Assembly (NCBI GenBank): GCA_964425975.1
Contig: CAYROK010000001.1
Coordinates: forward strand, 44,052-108,051
Source of the DNA: an uncultured Candidatus Saccharibacteria bacterium
GTDB lineage: Bacteria > Patescibacteriota > Saccharimonadia > Saccharimonadales > UBA4665
Direction of reading: 5' to 3'
DNA length: 64,000 nucleotides
Under the pieces are notes generated by a model. The model was given only the letters and a program-made list of their open reading frames with translations. It ran no database searches and had not been told where the DNA came from. The translations under genes were made by a program, and so were the position numbers. Numbering within the stretch: the stretch's first letter is position 1; the number at the start of each line of letters is the position of its first letter. This document shows positions 24,746 through 34,604 of this stretch, piece by piece.

Positions 24746-25602
24746 TGGTTCATTATTTTCTTAAATTCAGGTGGTAACGGCACGCTAAAAACCTTGCGCT
24801 CATGTTCTTTCAGTATGGTTAGCTCCAGCTCTGTTGCGTGTAAATATAATCTTTGTGCTTTCTCGCCGTTATACAACACATCTCCTACAATAGGGTGTTC
24901 TTGGTGCGCAAGATGGACGCGTAACTGATGCGTGCGACCTGTTTCGGGCTTGAGCTCCAACAAACTGTAAGAGGCACTTGACTCAATTGTTCGGTAAGTG
25001 GTTTTCGCGCTTTTTCCTTGTGGGCCAACCCGGAACGTTGCTGGCGCTTTTGGGTTCCGCTCTATAGGCATATCTATAATGGCAGCCTGTGGCTTCATAA
25101 CTCCCCTCACAACTGCCACATACGTCTTTTTTGTGCGACGCTGCGCAAACTGCTTTTGCAGCCAGCTGAGCGCCTCTGGAGTTTTAGCACAGATCATAAC
25201 GCCAGAAGTAGCTCGATCTAATCGGTGAACAATACCAGCTCGATTGCTTTCGATGCCTTTTACGCGACCCCTAAGCCATGTGGCGACAGTTGGCTCTGGG
25301 TTGAACGCTCCTTTACTGTGCGTTAACAGCCCGAGTGGTTTATTTATAACGATACAGTCATCGTCTTCGTACAACACTTCGAGTTCAATGTCAGGAACCT
25401 GTGCCTCGGTACTCGGGTCATAATCTACGGTCACAATGTCATCAGCCCGTAGTTTATAGCCTGGCTTCACTTGGGATGCACCATTTACAGAGACCCGTTC
25501 CGTCTCGATGAGCTTTGCGGCATATGCTCGGCTGAGTTGTGGTAACATCGCCACTACCCGCTGATCCAACCGCTCCGCTCGACTCATTTCTAAATTCGAC
25601 AT
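24742..25602 (-). CDS. rluD: RluA-family 23S rRNA pseudouridine synthase (RluD-like)
   Basis: S4 domain plus catalytic HRLDRATSG; ATG 25602 preferred over TTG 25608. Confidence 0.85.
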   Translation of the reverse strand: MSNLEMSRAERLDQRVVAMLPQLSRAYAAKLIETERVSVNGASQVKPGYKLRADDIVTVDYDPSTEAQVPDIELEVLYEDDDCIVINKPLGLLTHSKGAFNPEPTVATWLRGRVKGIESNRAGIVHRLDRATSGVMICAKTPEALSWLQKQFAQRRTKKTYVAVVRGVMKPQAAIIDMPIERNPKAPATFRVGPQGKSAKTTYRTIESSASYSLLELKPETGRTHQLRVHLAHQEHPIVGDVLYNGEKAQRLYLHATELELTILKEHERKVFSVPLPPEFKKIMNQ

Positions 25603-25629
25603 TACCAATAGTTTAACAGAGGCGACAAT

Positions 25630-26658
25630 TTATCGTAAACCGAGGGCTCTTTGGACGCGGAGAAGCGTACCGTTTGCTTTTTCGTTCATTTTCACCTCGG
25701 AAGCCTCTAGCTTCTCTGTTAGCTTCACTTCGTCAACATTGGCCAGCCGATTTTGGAAATCGGTCAGGAAATCGTGAACCTGCTCTGCAACTTCTTTTTT
25801 GAGTTCGCCGTAGCTCGACTGCCCATCGTGATGTTCTGCAACACGATCAAGCGTCTCCCCCGACAAAAGGGCGTGTAAAACGAGTAGGTTAGATATCCCC
25901 GGCTGGTTGTCGTAGTCAAGGTGTACTGCCCCGACAGAATCTGTCGTCGCACTCATGATTTTCTTTGCCGCCTCATCTGGTGAGTCACCGAGGAAGATGA
26001 TACCTTTACCCGTCTCGTCGCTTTTACTCATCTTTTTTGCAGGATCTTGCAAGTCCTTTATGCGGAGGCCCTGGTCTTTACCGAAGAACTCGTGCTGTTT
26101 GGCGACCGGCTCCGGCACCGTAAAAAGCTCACCAAATTTACTATTCATCCGCTCGGCGATATCGCGCGTAAATTCAAGGTGCTGTGTCTGATCATCTCCC
26201 ACCGGCACATACCTCGCCCAATACAGCAATATATCCGCTGCCATAAGCACCGGATAATCAAAAAGTCCAACACTAATCGAATCTCCGCCAAGCTTTGCGG
26301 ACTTATCTTTGTACTGTGTCATACGCTCCATCTGGCCTATACCCGTGAAGCTATTTAGTATGACGGTGAGCTCTGAGTGCGCTGGGATATAGCTCTGTCG
26401 GTAGATGTTGACGCTTGGGTTATCAAGTGGGAGACCGGCGGCCACGAAGAGACGGAGATTGTGCATAATCTGAGCCTGTAGTTGAGCATGGTCTATTGGC
26501 GTCGTAAAGCTGTGCAGATCAGGAACGAAAAGATTTACCTCATACTCATACGAGCGCTGTTTGGCCATGTCTATCATAGGTAGCAGCGCACCGAAGTAGT
26601 TGCCGATGTGAAGGTCATTATTTGCCCGAAGGCCCGTCAAAATCACTGGTTTATTCAT
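25630..26658 (-). CDS. trpS: tryptophan--tRNA ligase
   Basis: 342 aa; HIGN class-I motif (DLHIGNYFGA), KMSKS, GDDQTQH. Confidence 0.9.
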   Translation of the reverse strand: MNKPVILTGLRANNDLHIGNYFGALLPMIDMAKQRSYEYEVNLFVPDLHSFTTPIDHAQLQAQIMHNLRLFVAAGLPLDNPSVNIYRQSYIPAHSELTVILNSFTGIGQMERMTQYKDKSAKLGGDSISVGLFDYPVLMAADILLYWARYVPVGDDQTQHLEFTRDIAERMNSKFGELFTVPEPVAKQHEFFGKDQGLRIKDLQDPAKKMSKSDETGKGIIFLGDSPDEAAKKIMSATTDSVGAVHLDYDNQPGISNLLVLHALLSGETLDRVAEHHDGQSSYGELKKEVAEQVHDFLTDFQNRLANVDEVKLTEKLEASEVKMNEKANGTLLRVQRALGLR

Positions 26659-26673
26659 ATACTACAGTATACC

Positions 26674-27345
26674 TCAAGCTACATTTACATATCGATCAAA
26701 AATCTCAGCCAGCCGCTCTGGTGCAAAAAGACGTCCTAATTCGGGGTTTTGCAAGACAGACTGCTTAGTCACGTCTGTCCAATGCATAGCCCTCTCTTCG
26801 AGTACGCGTAGTAACCATTCACCCGAAGGGGTCAGGTCTTCTTCATGTAGACCTTGTAGCTCACCGAGCAGCAACTCACACATGACCATTGCTGCACCTT
26901 GCGTGAGGGCGGCGGTCCGGTCGTGTTCGTGAATCGTCTTTGGGCGTAGATTGAGACCAATATCTCCAAGATGTAGACGAACGGAGGCCGATACGTGCCC
27001 ACTTGCTGCATTGACTGTGTTGTGGTCATTCATGAGGCAATGTACGATGTTGAAGCCTATATTCGGCAATCTGCCTCGGTGAGCGAGCAGTGCTTCAAAT
27101 GAAAGATTCATCACACTACTATGGAGTACTAGTTGCGTCTTTTGGGCTGGATTTGTCAGTGTCTCCAGTCCTACAAGGGGAGCGCACCAGTGTGTAATGT
27201 CTGCTACGGCCAGGACCGCATCCGCTGAGTCATGTGTCCTGTTTGATGCCCAGGGGTCGTAAGTTGCCGGCTCAATATCATGTAGCAGCATCCTCTCAGC
27301 GAGCTGCGAACCTAGATCTCCTGCTGAGCCAACGATGCCAATCAT
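26674..27345 (-). CDS. prephenate/arogenate-dehydrogenase-like protein
   Basis: 223 aa; N-terminal MIGIVGSAGDLG dinucleotide fold and EHDRTAALTQG resembling the TyrA EHDxxxA motif. Confidence 0.4.
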   Translation of the reverse strand: MIGIVGSAGDLGSQLAERMLLHDIEPATYDPWASNRTHDSADAVLAVADITHWCAPLVGLETLTNPAQKTQLVLHSSVMNLSFEALLAHRGRLPNIGFNIVHCLMNDHNTVNAASGHVSASVRLHLGDIGLNLRPKTIHEHDRTAALTQGAAMVMCELLLGELQGLHEEDLTPSGEWLLRVLEERAMHWTDVTKQSVLQNPELGRLFAPERLAEIFDRYVNVA

Positions 27346-27512
27346 TAGAACCGGGCCTTCATCGGAGACGCGCCCCCAGCTATTTCTTCTGGTGTCAACC
27401 CAAACCCTTCACCAAGCGCCATCTGCGCCGCAATATGTACCCTATCGTCACTCAATGTATTTGGTGCTGGGGTAGGTGACTCTTCGCTTCCGTCGCACAA
27501 TAGATTCTCCAT
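27345..27512 (-). CDS. possible 55-aa small protein coupled to the downstream gene
   Basis: Own translation MENLLCDGSEESPTPAPNTLSDDRVHIAAQMALGEGFGLTPEEIAGGASPMKARF; AAGGA 8 nt upstream; stop overlaps the next ATG (TAATG); below the ORF-track cutoff. Confidence 0.3.
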   Translation of the reverse strand: MENLLCDGSEESPTPAPNTLSDDRVHIAAQMALGEGFGLTPEEIAGGASPMKARF

Positions 27513-27537
27513 CACTATTCCTTCGTATCATTAATGA

Positions 27538-27561
27538 TAAAAAACCGCCATTGTGGCGGTC
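27538..27561 (-). terminator. intrinsic terminator
   Basis: minus-sense GACCGCCAcaaTGGCGGT followed by TTTTTTAT. Confidence 0.7.
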
Positions 27562-27689
27562 TACTTAGTGGTTCAAATGATTTTCAGCGCACAGAACAGA
27601 CCGCCACAGAAGTGTCGGTATACCAATAAAAACTGGTCTGAACTGTTTTCATAATGCTAATCATACTACGTATAGCATATATTGCAAGC

Positions 27690-28382
27690 TTATTTCTTCC
27701 GAAGAACCATCCAGAGGTTGGTCGCTATACCGTCACGTCCGAGCTTATGCGCTTGCTTTTGGATAGTTCGCACCTCGCACACTTCGAATACTGAATAGAA
27801 TTTCCTCAATTCTTCTTCGGAATAGTCCTTCTTAAACTTTCCGTTTTGGGGCCAAACAGTACTATTATGCTCGGGACTCGGGTGGTTTCGTATCAGTTCA
27901 GCCTCCCACTCATCATCTGCGGAGCATACATTCACGAGTGCGTAGCCACCTGCTTTAAGCGTTCTATGCATTTCATCGCGACATTTTTCGCGCCCTTCTT
28001 TCGTCTCAATATCTATCGAGGAAAAGGAGTCGACCGCAATTGCGAAATATTCACTCGGGAACGGCCAATTAGCATCTATTTCAGCACTGTGCACATTGAC
28101 TCTATCTGCAATATTATTTTGCACCGCGAGTTCTGTCGTGCATTGTCGAGCAAATGCTATATATTCGAGTGCGTCTACAGCATATCCTCGTTTTGCAAGA
28201 TACACTGTATTACGTCCTTTTCCTGAGCCAATATCGACAGCTCTGCCTTCTGGTAGTACATTGTTTGCCCTCAGCCACTCGACGAACATGATAACACCGC
28301 TTGCAGGTTCAGCATTTGCCATAGTCGGCAGCGTATGTCCGCTAGTATGCTCCGTCTGCCATATCTGTTGCTGTTTACGCAT
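27690..28382 (-). CDS. class I SAM-dependent methyltransferase
   Basis: 230 aa; motif I VDIGSGKGRNTVYLAKRG; TATACT 6 nt upstream of the ATG. Confidence 0.75.
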   Translation of the reverse strand: MRKQQQIWQTEHTSGHTLPTMANAEPASGVIMFVEWLRANNVLPEGRAVDIGSGKGRNTVYLAKRGYAVDALEYIAFARQCTTELAVQNNIADRVNVHSAEIDANWPFPSEYFAIAVDSFSSIDIETKEGREKCRDEMHRTLKAGGYALVNVCSADDEWEAELIRNHPSPEHNSTVWPQNGKFKKDYSEEELRKFYSVFEVCEVRTIQKQAHKLGRDGIATNLWMVLRKK

Positions 28383-28394
28383 GCGTTCAGTATA

Positions 28395-28423
28395 GCAAAA
28401 CTCCCGGTGTTAACCGGGAGTTT
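28395..28423 (-). terminator. intrinsic terminator after rpsI
   Basis: perfect 10-bp stem AAACTCCCGG-6 nt-CCGGGAGTTT; minus-sense followed by TTTTGC. Confidence 0.7.
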
Positions 28424-28442
28424 ATGGCAAGCGATGATATGC

Positions 28443-28850
28443 CTAGCGCTTGGTGAACTGGCGCTGTTTACGCGCGCCCTTCAGACCGAACTTCTTGCGC
28501 TCTCGCTCGCGGCTATCGCGACCGAGCAGGTCGGCGCGGCGAAGCGTTGCTTTATAGTCTTCTTTCATTTCAACCAATGCCTTAGCGATACCAAGGCGAA
28601 TTGCATCGACCTGGCCTGCATGTCCTCCACCATTCACAACAACTGTTACGTCGTAGTCTTTGAGCGGAAGTTCAAGCACCGCAAACGGTTTGTTGACTTC
28701 ACCCAATAGCATTTTACTGTCTGCAAAATACTCAGCAACGGGCTTGCTATTGATAGTAATGCTACCCTTGCCCTTCATAAGCCGTACCCGTGCAGTAGCA
28801 CTTTTGCGACGGCCAAGAGCATAGTAGTAATGACCTTTTGCTTCAGCCAT
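28443..28850 (-). CDS. rpsI: 30S ribosomal protein S9
   Basis: C-terminal ...GLKGARKQRQFTKR; start at ATG 28850 (MAEAKGHYYY) with AAAGGAG upstream. Confidence 0.9.
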   Translation of the reverse strand: MAEAKGHYYYALGRRKSATARVRLMKGKGSITINSKPVAEYFADSKMLLGEVNKPFAVLELPLKDYDVTVVVNGGGHAGQVDAIRLGIAKALVEMKEDYKATLRRADLLGRDSRERERKKFGLKGARKQRQFTKR

Positions 28851-28872
28851 AGTTATTTTGCTCCTTTCAGAG

Positions 28873-28952
28873 TTATGAGACAAACCTTACGGTTTTTCTC
28901 ATCGCGCAGGGTCGCGAAATGAATTCGCGCACTCTGGCTGCTCTTTTCCCTT
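28873..28952 (-). repeat. 80-nt structured intergenic element, copy A (upstream of rpsI)
   Basis: 100% identical to 29425-29504; contains a 12-bp hairpin with GUAA loop (28875-28902) and CGCGAA/TTCGCG hairpin (28913-28929). Confidence 0.9.
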
Positions 28953-28962
28953 AAGACATTCA

Positions 28963-29403
28963 TTACTTAGATCCTTTCAGGCTAATAGTTTCGGGCTTTT
29001 GAGCGGCATGTACATGCTCAGCGCCGGCATAGATTTTGAGGCGCTTGAGTCTGTCGTCACGCAGCTTGTTGACTGGGAGCATACCGCGAACGGCTTTGTA
29101 AATAACCTCTGTGGAGTCATTGCCCATGAGATCCTTAAGCTGACGTTCTCGTAAGCCGCCTGGATAACCACTGTGATTGTAGTACATTTTCTTTTCTTCT
29201 TTGCCGCCAGTGACTTGTAGCTTGTCTGCGTTAACTACGACAACAAAATCGCCACAGTCAATATGGCTGGTAAACATCGGCTTACTTTTACCGGTAAGTA
29301 GCGTCGCAACTTGTGTTGAAACGCGACCGAGTGTTGTGTCTGATGCGTCAATCACGTACCACTTACGCGTAACTTCACTTGGCTTTGCGGAATATGTTTT
29401 CAT
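28963..29403 (-). CDS. rplM: 50S ribosomal protein L13
   Basis: 146 aa; WYVIDA...LGRVSTQVATLLTGK. Confidence 0.95.
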   Translation of the reverse strand: MKTYSAKPSEVTRKWYVIDASDTTLGRVSTQVATLLTGKSKPMFTSHIDCGDFVVVVNADKLQVTGGKEEKKMYYNHSGYPGGLRERQLKDLMGNDSTEVIYKAVRGMLPVNKLRDDRLKRLKIYAGAEHVHAAQKPETISLKGSK

Positions 29404-29424
29404 ACTAGCGTTCCCCCCGTCTCT

Positions 29425-29504
29425 TTATGAGACAAACCTTACGGTTTTTCTCATCGCGCAGGGTCGCGAAATGAATTCGCGCACTCTGGCTGCTCTTTTC
29501 CCTT
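29425..29504 (-). repeat. 80-nt structured intergenic element, copy B (upstream of rplM)
   Basis: Identical to 28873-28952, read base by base. Confidence 0.9.
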
Positions 29505-29514
29505 GCAATAACCA

Positions 29515-30057
29515 TTATCGTTCCCCGCTCTTTCTCACCTGAACTGCCGGCTTATGGCTGAGGTGTTTATCGGCAGCTTTCACTGCCCTTTTTGCACCTG
29601 GGACTGACTTTTTAGCAGGGGTAGACTTTACTTCGTCGTGCTCATGATGCTGTTTTTCAGGTGCTTTGGTAACTGCTTTGGCTACGGGCGCTTGCTTCAG
29701 ATCGTCAACAAAACTCACTTCTGCCATTTCAGCGTTGTCACCGCGGCGGTTATCTTTTCGTGTTATACGAAAATAGCCGCTGTTTCGTCCACCAAGCTTC
29801 GGTGCAATTTCATCAACCAAGCGATGAGCTGTAGCTACCGTTTGTAGCGCAGAAACAATCTGGCGTCGGTTGTGGAGATCGCCTTTTTTTGCTTTCGTAA
29901 TTAGTTTTTCTACGTATGGCACAACTGCTTTGGCTTTTGGCACCGTAGTAACTATTCGGCCGTGAATTATGAGCGCCTCAGCTAGGCTCTGTATAAGAGC
30001 CTCACGCTGGTCCCGTTCGCGGCCAAATTTGGTTCCTTGATATCCGTGACGGTGCAT
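29515..30057 (-). CDS. rplQ: 50S ribosomal protein L17 with basic C-terminal extension
   Basis: 180 aa; L17 core (RHGYQGTKFGRERDQREAL...), then about 60 extra residues. Confidence 0.9.
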   Translation of the reverse strand: MHRHGYQGTKFGRERDQREALIQSLAEALIIHGRIVTTVPKAKAVVPYVEKLITKAKKGDLHNRRQIVSALQTVATAHRLVDEIAPKLGGRNSGYFRITRKDNRRGDNAEMAEVSFVDDLKQAPVAKAVTKAPEKQHHEHDEVKSTPAKKSVPGAKRAVKAADKHLSHKPAVQVRKSGER

Positions 30058-30058
30058 A

Positions 30059-30997
30059 TTACAACTCCAACTCCGCCAGCTTATCTTTTACTTCGTCGAG
30101 AGCTTTGCTCCCAAAACCTTTTAGGTCACGAAGCTCGGTGTCAGACAAAGCAAACAAATCTTGTATGGTGTGGATGTCGTTATTGACAAGCGCATTGGTG
30201 GTCCGAGCAGTTAGATTAAGGTCTTCAATGCTGGTGTTCAGCAAAGAACCATCGTCTCCTGCGAGTTCACCGCCTTCGCTACTAGGATTGGCTGTATCTT
30301 GAACCTGGACACGAGTTTTGCCGGCCAGTGCTGCGTACTGATTTACCAGAATTGCAGCTGCTTCTTCAAAGGCATCGCGTGGAGTAATACTGCCGTCGGT
30401 CTCAACCGTAATATTCAGCTTGTCGAGGTCAGTGGTTTGACCAACACGAGTTTTATCGACCTTGTAGCGTACGCGTACAACGGGACTAAATACACCGTCG
30501 AGTGCAACAAAATCACTTTGCTTTTTAGCTGTGCTTTCTTCAATGGTTTGATAGCCTCGGCCAACTTCGACAACAAGGTCAACCACAAAGCTAGCTTTAT
30601 CGTCATCGATTGTTGCGATAGATTGCTCCGGATTTACTACCTCTATGTCTGCGTTGCCCTGAATATCTTTACCAGTAACCACGCCTTTGCCTTTTTTGAC
30701 AATGCGTACCGTCTGGGAATCTTCACCATAGACACGGAAGCGCAAACGCTTTAAATTCAACATAATCGCAACCACGTCTTCTTTGACGCCTTTGATAGTG
30801 GTAAATTCGTGCGTAACACCATCGATTTTGAAGCTCGTAACACTAGCGCCGCTTATGCTCGAAAGCAGAACACGACGAAGACTGTTGCCGAGCGTCATGC
30901 CATAACCTGTCTGGAGCGGCTCGATTACAAAAGTGCTGCTCACGGCAGAGTGGTCATCGACGGCGACAAGTCCTGGGGTATGAATCATTTTTGACAT
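30059..30997 (-). CDS. rpoA: DNA-directed RNA polymerase alpha subunit
   Basis: 312 aa; NTD (GNSLRRVLLSS) and CTD (LNLTARTTNAL). Confidence 0.95.
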   Translation of the reverse strand: MSKMIHTPGLVAVDDHSAVSSTFVIEPLQTGYGMTLGNSLRRVLLSSISGASVTSFKIDGVTHEFTTIKGVKEDVVAIMLNLKRLRFRVYGEDSQTVRIVKKGKGVVTGKDIQGNADIEVVNPEQSIATIDDDKASFVVDLVVEVGRGYQTIEESTAKKQSDFVALDGVFSPVVRVRYKVDKTRVGQTTDLDKLNITVETDGSITPRDAFEEAAAILVNQYAALAGKTRVQVQDTANPSSEGGELAGDDGSLLNTSIEDLNLTARTTNALVNNDIHTIQDLFALSDTELRDLKGFGSKALDEVKDKLAELEL

Positions 30998-31018
30998 ATC
31001 TTTATAAATGTCCTTTCC

Positions 31019-31636
31019 TTAGCGTGAGTAGTACTCGACGATTAGTTGTTCGTTAATTTCAGGTTCAGCATCATCACGTACGGGAAGCCCGGTAATCTTC
31101 AGTTGAACTTTTTTCCGGTCTACACTCTGCCAAGTTGGAATAGTGCTGGGAGCGGGACTTGTATCATCAAGTTTCTTGAAATACTCACTCGATTTACTAT
31201 GTTCACGGAGCTCAATAACATCACCTTCACGGACGCGAATAGATGGAACATCAACCCTTCGGCCATTGAGCATAAAGTGCCCATGGGTCACCAACTGACG
31301 AGCGGCGCGGCGCGATGGCGCAAAGCCTGCTCGGTACACTGCGTTATCAAGGCGCCGCTCAAGGTATTGTAGGAGCGCTGCGCCCGATTGACCGGGAGTT
31401 CGTGATGCTTCTGCCATGAGATTACTAAATTGCTTTTCAAGGAGCCCATATAGCCGCTTTACTTTTTGCTTTTCGCGCAGCTGCAATGAATATTGGCTAG
31501 GCTTGTTGCGCGTGCGAGCATTTGCGGCCTGTCCAGGCATGTTAGTGCGTTTTGCGAGCGCTTTGTGTGCTTTCGGATGAAGTGCATAGCCTTCACGACG
31601 AGACATTTTGACAATTGATTGAGTGTCACGTGCCAT
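31019..31636 (-). CDS. rpsD: 30S ribosomal protein S4
   Basis: 205 aa; S4 domain RLDNAVYRAGFAPSRRAARQLV. Confidence 0.95.
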   Translation of the reverse strand: MARDTQSIVKMSRREGYALHPKAHKALAKRTNMPGQAANARTRNKPSQYSLQLREKQKVKRLYGLLEKQFSNLMAEASRTPGQSGAALLQYLERRLDNAVYRAGFAPSRRAARQLVTHGHFMLNGRRVDVPSIRVREGDVIELREHSKSSEYFKKLDDTSPAPSTIPTWQSVDRKKVQLKITGLPVRDDAEPEINEQLIVEYYSR

Positions 31637-31639
31637 GGA

Positions 31640-32044
31640 CTAGACCCTCCTTGCTTTCTTTGGACGAACGCCACCATGAGGCACTCCGGTAATGTCAGTA
31701 ATGCTATCAATATTGATGCCAACAGTTTGCATAGCGCGGATCGCTGCATCCCTGCCAAGGCCAACACCCTTAACGAAGACGTTTACCTTATTGAGTCCGT
31801 AGGCTTGCTTTGCTAAGTTACCGGCTTTTTCAGCTGCTACTTGTGCTGCATAAGCCGTACCCTTCTTTGAGCCGCGAAATCCGCAGGCACCAGCGCTTGA
31901 AGCTGCCAATGCACCACCGCTTGCGTCGGTCAAAGTGACGATTGTGTTATTAAACGTAGCCTGAATGTGTAGCTGACCCGCAGGAACACTGCGCTTTGCT
32001 TTCTTTTTCTTAGCTACTGGGGTAGTTGTCGTTGTTTCTGCCAT
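31640..32044 (-). CDS. rpsK: 30S ribosomal protein S11
   Basis: 134 aa; HIQATFNNTIVTLTD...GFRGSKKGT. Confidence 0.95.
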   Translation of the reverse strand: MAETTTTTPVAKKKKAKRSVPAGQLHIQATFNNTIVTLTDASGGALAASSAGACGFRGSKKGTAYAAQVAAEKAGNLAKQAYGLNKVNVFVKGVGLGRDAAIRAMQTVGINIDSITDITGVPHGGVRPKKARRV

Positions 32045-32052
32045 AGTTTTTC

Positions 32053-32442
32053 CTACGTCTTGCTTGCGACTTTCTTAGCCGTGCCGCCGACAGTTATTTT
32101 CTTTCCTCTACGAGTTCGCGCATTTGTCTTAGTACGCTGGCCCCGTGATGGCAAATTACCCTTGTGGCGTAAACCACGGTAGCTTCCGATGTCTTTGAGA
32201 CGCTTAATATTGCCGCTCACTATGCGCTGAAGCTCACCTTCAACGGTTAGGTGCTCGTTTATATACTCTTGTATGCGTCCGATTTCGGCATCTGTTAGAT
32301 CTTTTACGCGAACAGTGCGCTCAACCTTTGCTGCGACCAAAATATCGTCAGCTGTTTTTGGTCCTATGCCATGTACATAGGTTAGTGACACCCAAACTTG
32401 CTTTTCGGCAGGTATGGTTACACCAGAAATTCGTGCTGCCAT
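32053..32442 (-). CDS. rpsM: 30S ribosomal protein S13
   Basis: 129 aa; ARISGVTIP...LTYVHGIG. Confidence 0.95.
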   Translation of the reverse strand: MAARISGVTIPAEKQVWVSLTYVHGIGPKTADDILVAAKVERTVRVKDLTDAEIGRIQEYINEHLTVEGELQRIVSGNIKRLKDIGSYRGLRHKGNLPSRGQRTKTNARTRRGKKITVGGTAKKVASKT

Positions 32443-32445
32443 GAA

Positions 32446-32562
32446 TTATCCCTGCCTTTGCTTATGCTTTGGTTTAAACTTATTTATAACGTATAGACGC
32501 CCTTTACGACGAACGATCTTGTCGTCGGGGCTAATCTTTTTGACACTTGCACGTACTTTCAT
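32446..32562 (-). CDS. rpmJ: 50S ribosomal protein L36
   Basis: Own translation [38 protein letters not shown] (38 aa); not in the ORF track because it is under 60 aa. Confidence 0.9.
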   Translation of the reverse strand: MKVRASVKKISPDDKIVRRKGRLYVINKFKPKHKQRQG

Positions 32563-32697
32563 GTACGGATCATCTCCTTCCTGAAGGTGACTCACTGCTT
32601 AGTTAGTATTTCGCTTGCCGAACTTTCGAAGGATTGATCCGTACATCGAATCGCATCTTAGTGCGATTCAGTCCGGATGAATCAATCCCTAGAAAGT

Positions 32698-32919
32698 TCA
32701 GCCTTTGCGGTAGGTAATCCTACCTTTGGTCAGGTCGTAAGGCGTTAGCTCTACTGTGACCGCGTCGCCCGGTACAATTCGGATAAAGTGTTTCCGCATT
32801 TTACCAGCGACGTGCGCTATAATCTGATGACCGTTTTCCAGTTCGACACGAAACTGAGTACCCGGCAGGGTCTCGACAATTACGCCGTTTAGTTCGATGA
32901 CTTCCTTTTTACTCGCCAT
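32698..32919 (-). CDS. infA: translation initiation factor IF-1
   Basis: 73 aa; S1-like ([26 protein letters not shown]). Confidence 0.95.
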   Translation of the reverse strand: MASKKEVIELNGVIVETLPGTQFRVELENGHQIIAHVAGKMRKHFIRIVPGDAVTVELTPYDLTKGRITYRKG

Positions 32920-32977
32920 AGGTTATATCGTCATGACAGTATAGCATTTTTTACGACGAGCTGTAAAGTGTTTTATG

Positions 32978-34492
32978 TTATTTCAACTTCTTTGATTTAC
33001 GAGATAATCTCTGCGGAATTAATCTGAGACGCTTACCGGTGACTGCCCCGGACTCTTCATCGTCCGAATCATAGAAAAAATCGTCCCTGCTGTATTGGTC
33101 GTATGTGATCATCAGAGCGCGTGATTCGACTGCGCGCAACGTCTCGAGCGAAACAGCAACAAGGATTAGCACACTGGTACCGCCAAGTGCCAACGCAATA
33201 TTTTCGGGCACGAATATTTGCGCTACTATCGGCATGATAGCGAGAAGTCCAAGGCAAATAGCTCCGAATAGGGTCAATTTATTAACGGTTTTCGCTAGGT
33301 AGCGTTCTGTTTGAGTGCCAGAGCGTACACCCTCAATAAATCCGCCTTGTTTTTGAAGATTTTCAGAAATTTCCTTGCTGTTGAAAGTAATGCTGGTGTA
33401 AAAGAAGGTAAAAAGAAAAACGAGCAAGAAGTATGTAACTGGGTAAATGTATGCCTGCCAGCCGCCAGCGGCCAGACTTTGAGCGGTCGGGTTTGTAAAC
33501 CATGTCACAAGGTTTTGGCCAAGCTCCTGCCATTTCGGGTTACTGCTTGATGTCAGAAGCTGACCAGCGAAACTCGGCACACTCAAGAATGCAATAGCGA
33601 AGATGATCGGCACAACACCGGCTGTAATAAGTTTTACTGGAAGCGTTGTGGTAACCCCACCATATGCACGATTTCCTTGCACGCGCTTGGCGTAATTGAC
33701 CGTAAGCCGTCGAGCCGCTTCGTTCAGCATAACCACAATCCATGTGACGAGCACCACAACCGCAAGTATAGCCAGAGACAACCAGAACGCCTTCTGGTTA
33801 ATGGGCAGTTCACTGCCAAATATTTCCCATTTGTTAGTTTTGTCATAAATAGATGACGCAATTTGACTGATGGTGCCTGGTAGTGCACTCACTATACCAA
33901 CAGTTATAAGCAACGATATACCGTTACCAACCGATTTTTCAGTCACCTGTTCTCCCATCCACATGAGTAACATGGAACCGCCGGTAAGCGCCGCAACCAT
34001 GAGCACCCATTGCCCTATAGAGGTGTTGGCTGTAATATCGCCGATTCCACCCACTTGCTGTGCGTATTGGCGAACCAAGTAAATAGAACCGATCGCTTGA
34101 ATGATGGCAAGTGGAAAGGTGAGTAAACGTGTGTACTGGTTTATACGTTTCTGACCAGATTCACCGTCTTTGCGCATGTTTTCAAGCTTTGGTATGGCTT
34201 TTGTCAGTAGCTGCATAATGATGCTCGCGTTGATGTATGGCCCAAGTCCAGCAATCATGATGGAGAAGTTTGCAAGCGCACCGCCACTTAAAACATTTAT
34301 AAAACTAAGTAACTGTGGGGTGTTTTGTTCGTTAAATAGGTTTGTCAAAACCTGCTTCAGTGTCTGTGGATCTGCCAACGGCACCGGCACATGGGCAAGT
34401 ATACGAAACACAACCAAAATACCGAGAACCGCAAAAATACGCTTGCGCATTTCTGCCTGTTTAAACGATGCACCAATAATCTTCCAGTTCAT
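32978..34492 (-). CDS. secY: preprotein translocase SecY with about 60-aa C-terminal extension
   Basis: 504 aa; 10 TM, GLGPYINASIIMQLL motif. Confidence 0.95.
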   Translation of the reverse strand: MNWKIIGASFKQAEMRKRIFAVLGILVVFRILAHVPVPLADPQTLKQVLTNLFNEQNTPQLLSFINVLSGGALANFSIMIAGLGPYINASIIMQLLTKAIPKLENMRKDGESGQKRINQYTRLLTFPLAIIQAIGSIYLVRQYAQQVGGIGDITANTSIGQWVLMVAALTGGSMLLMWMGEQVTEKSVGNGISLLITVGIVSALPGTISQIASSIYDKTNKWEIFGSELPINQKAFWLSLAILAVVVLVTWIVVMLNEAARRLTVNYAKRVQGNRAYGGVTTTLPVKLITAGVVPIIFAIAFLSVPSFAGQLLTSSSNPKWQELGQNLVTWFTNPTAQSLAAGGWQAYIYPVTYFLLVFLFTFFYTSITFNSKEISENLQKQGGFIEGVRSGTQTERYLAKTVNKLTLFGAICLGLLAIMPIVAQIFVPENIALALGGTSVLILVAVSLETLRAVESRALMITYDQYSRDDFFYDSDDEESGAVTGKRLRLIPQRLSRKSKKLK

Positions 34493-34558
34493 TCAGCCAT
34501 TCCCTCTTTATCTGCTATAAATCTATTCCATAGTATACAGCTTACTCGCTCATAATAA

Positions 34559-34590
34559 AATAAGAAGCGCACAGAATTACGCTTCTTATT
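34559..34590 (-). terminator. internal hairpin (attenuator/terminator-like) between rplO and secY
   Basis: perfect 11-bp stem AATAAGAAGCG-10 nt-CGCTTCTTATT; minus-sense followed by TTTATTATG; TGtATACT extended -10 at 34532-34539 just downstream. Confidence 0.45.
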
Positions 34591-34604
34591 TCACTTAGAC
34601 CTGA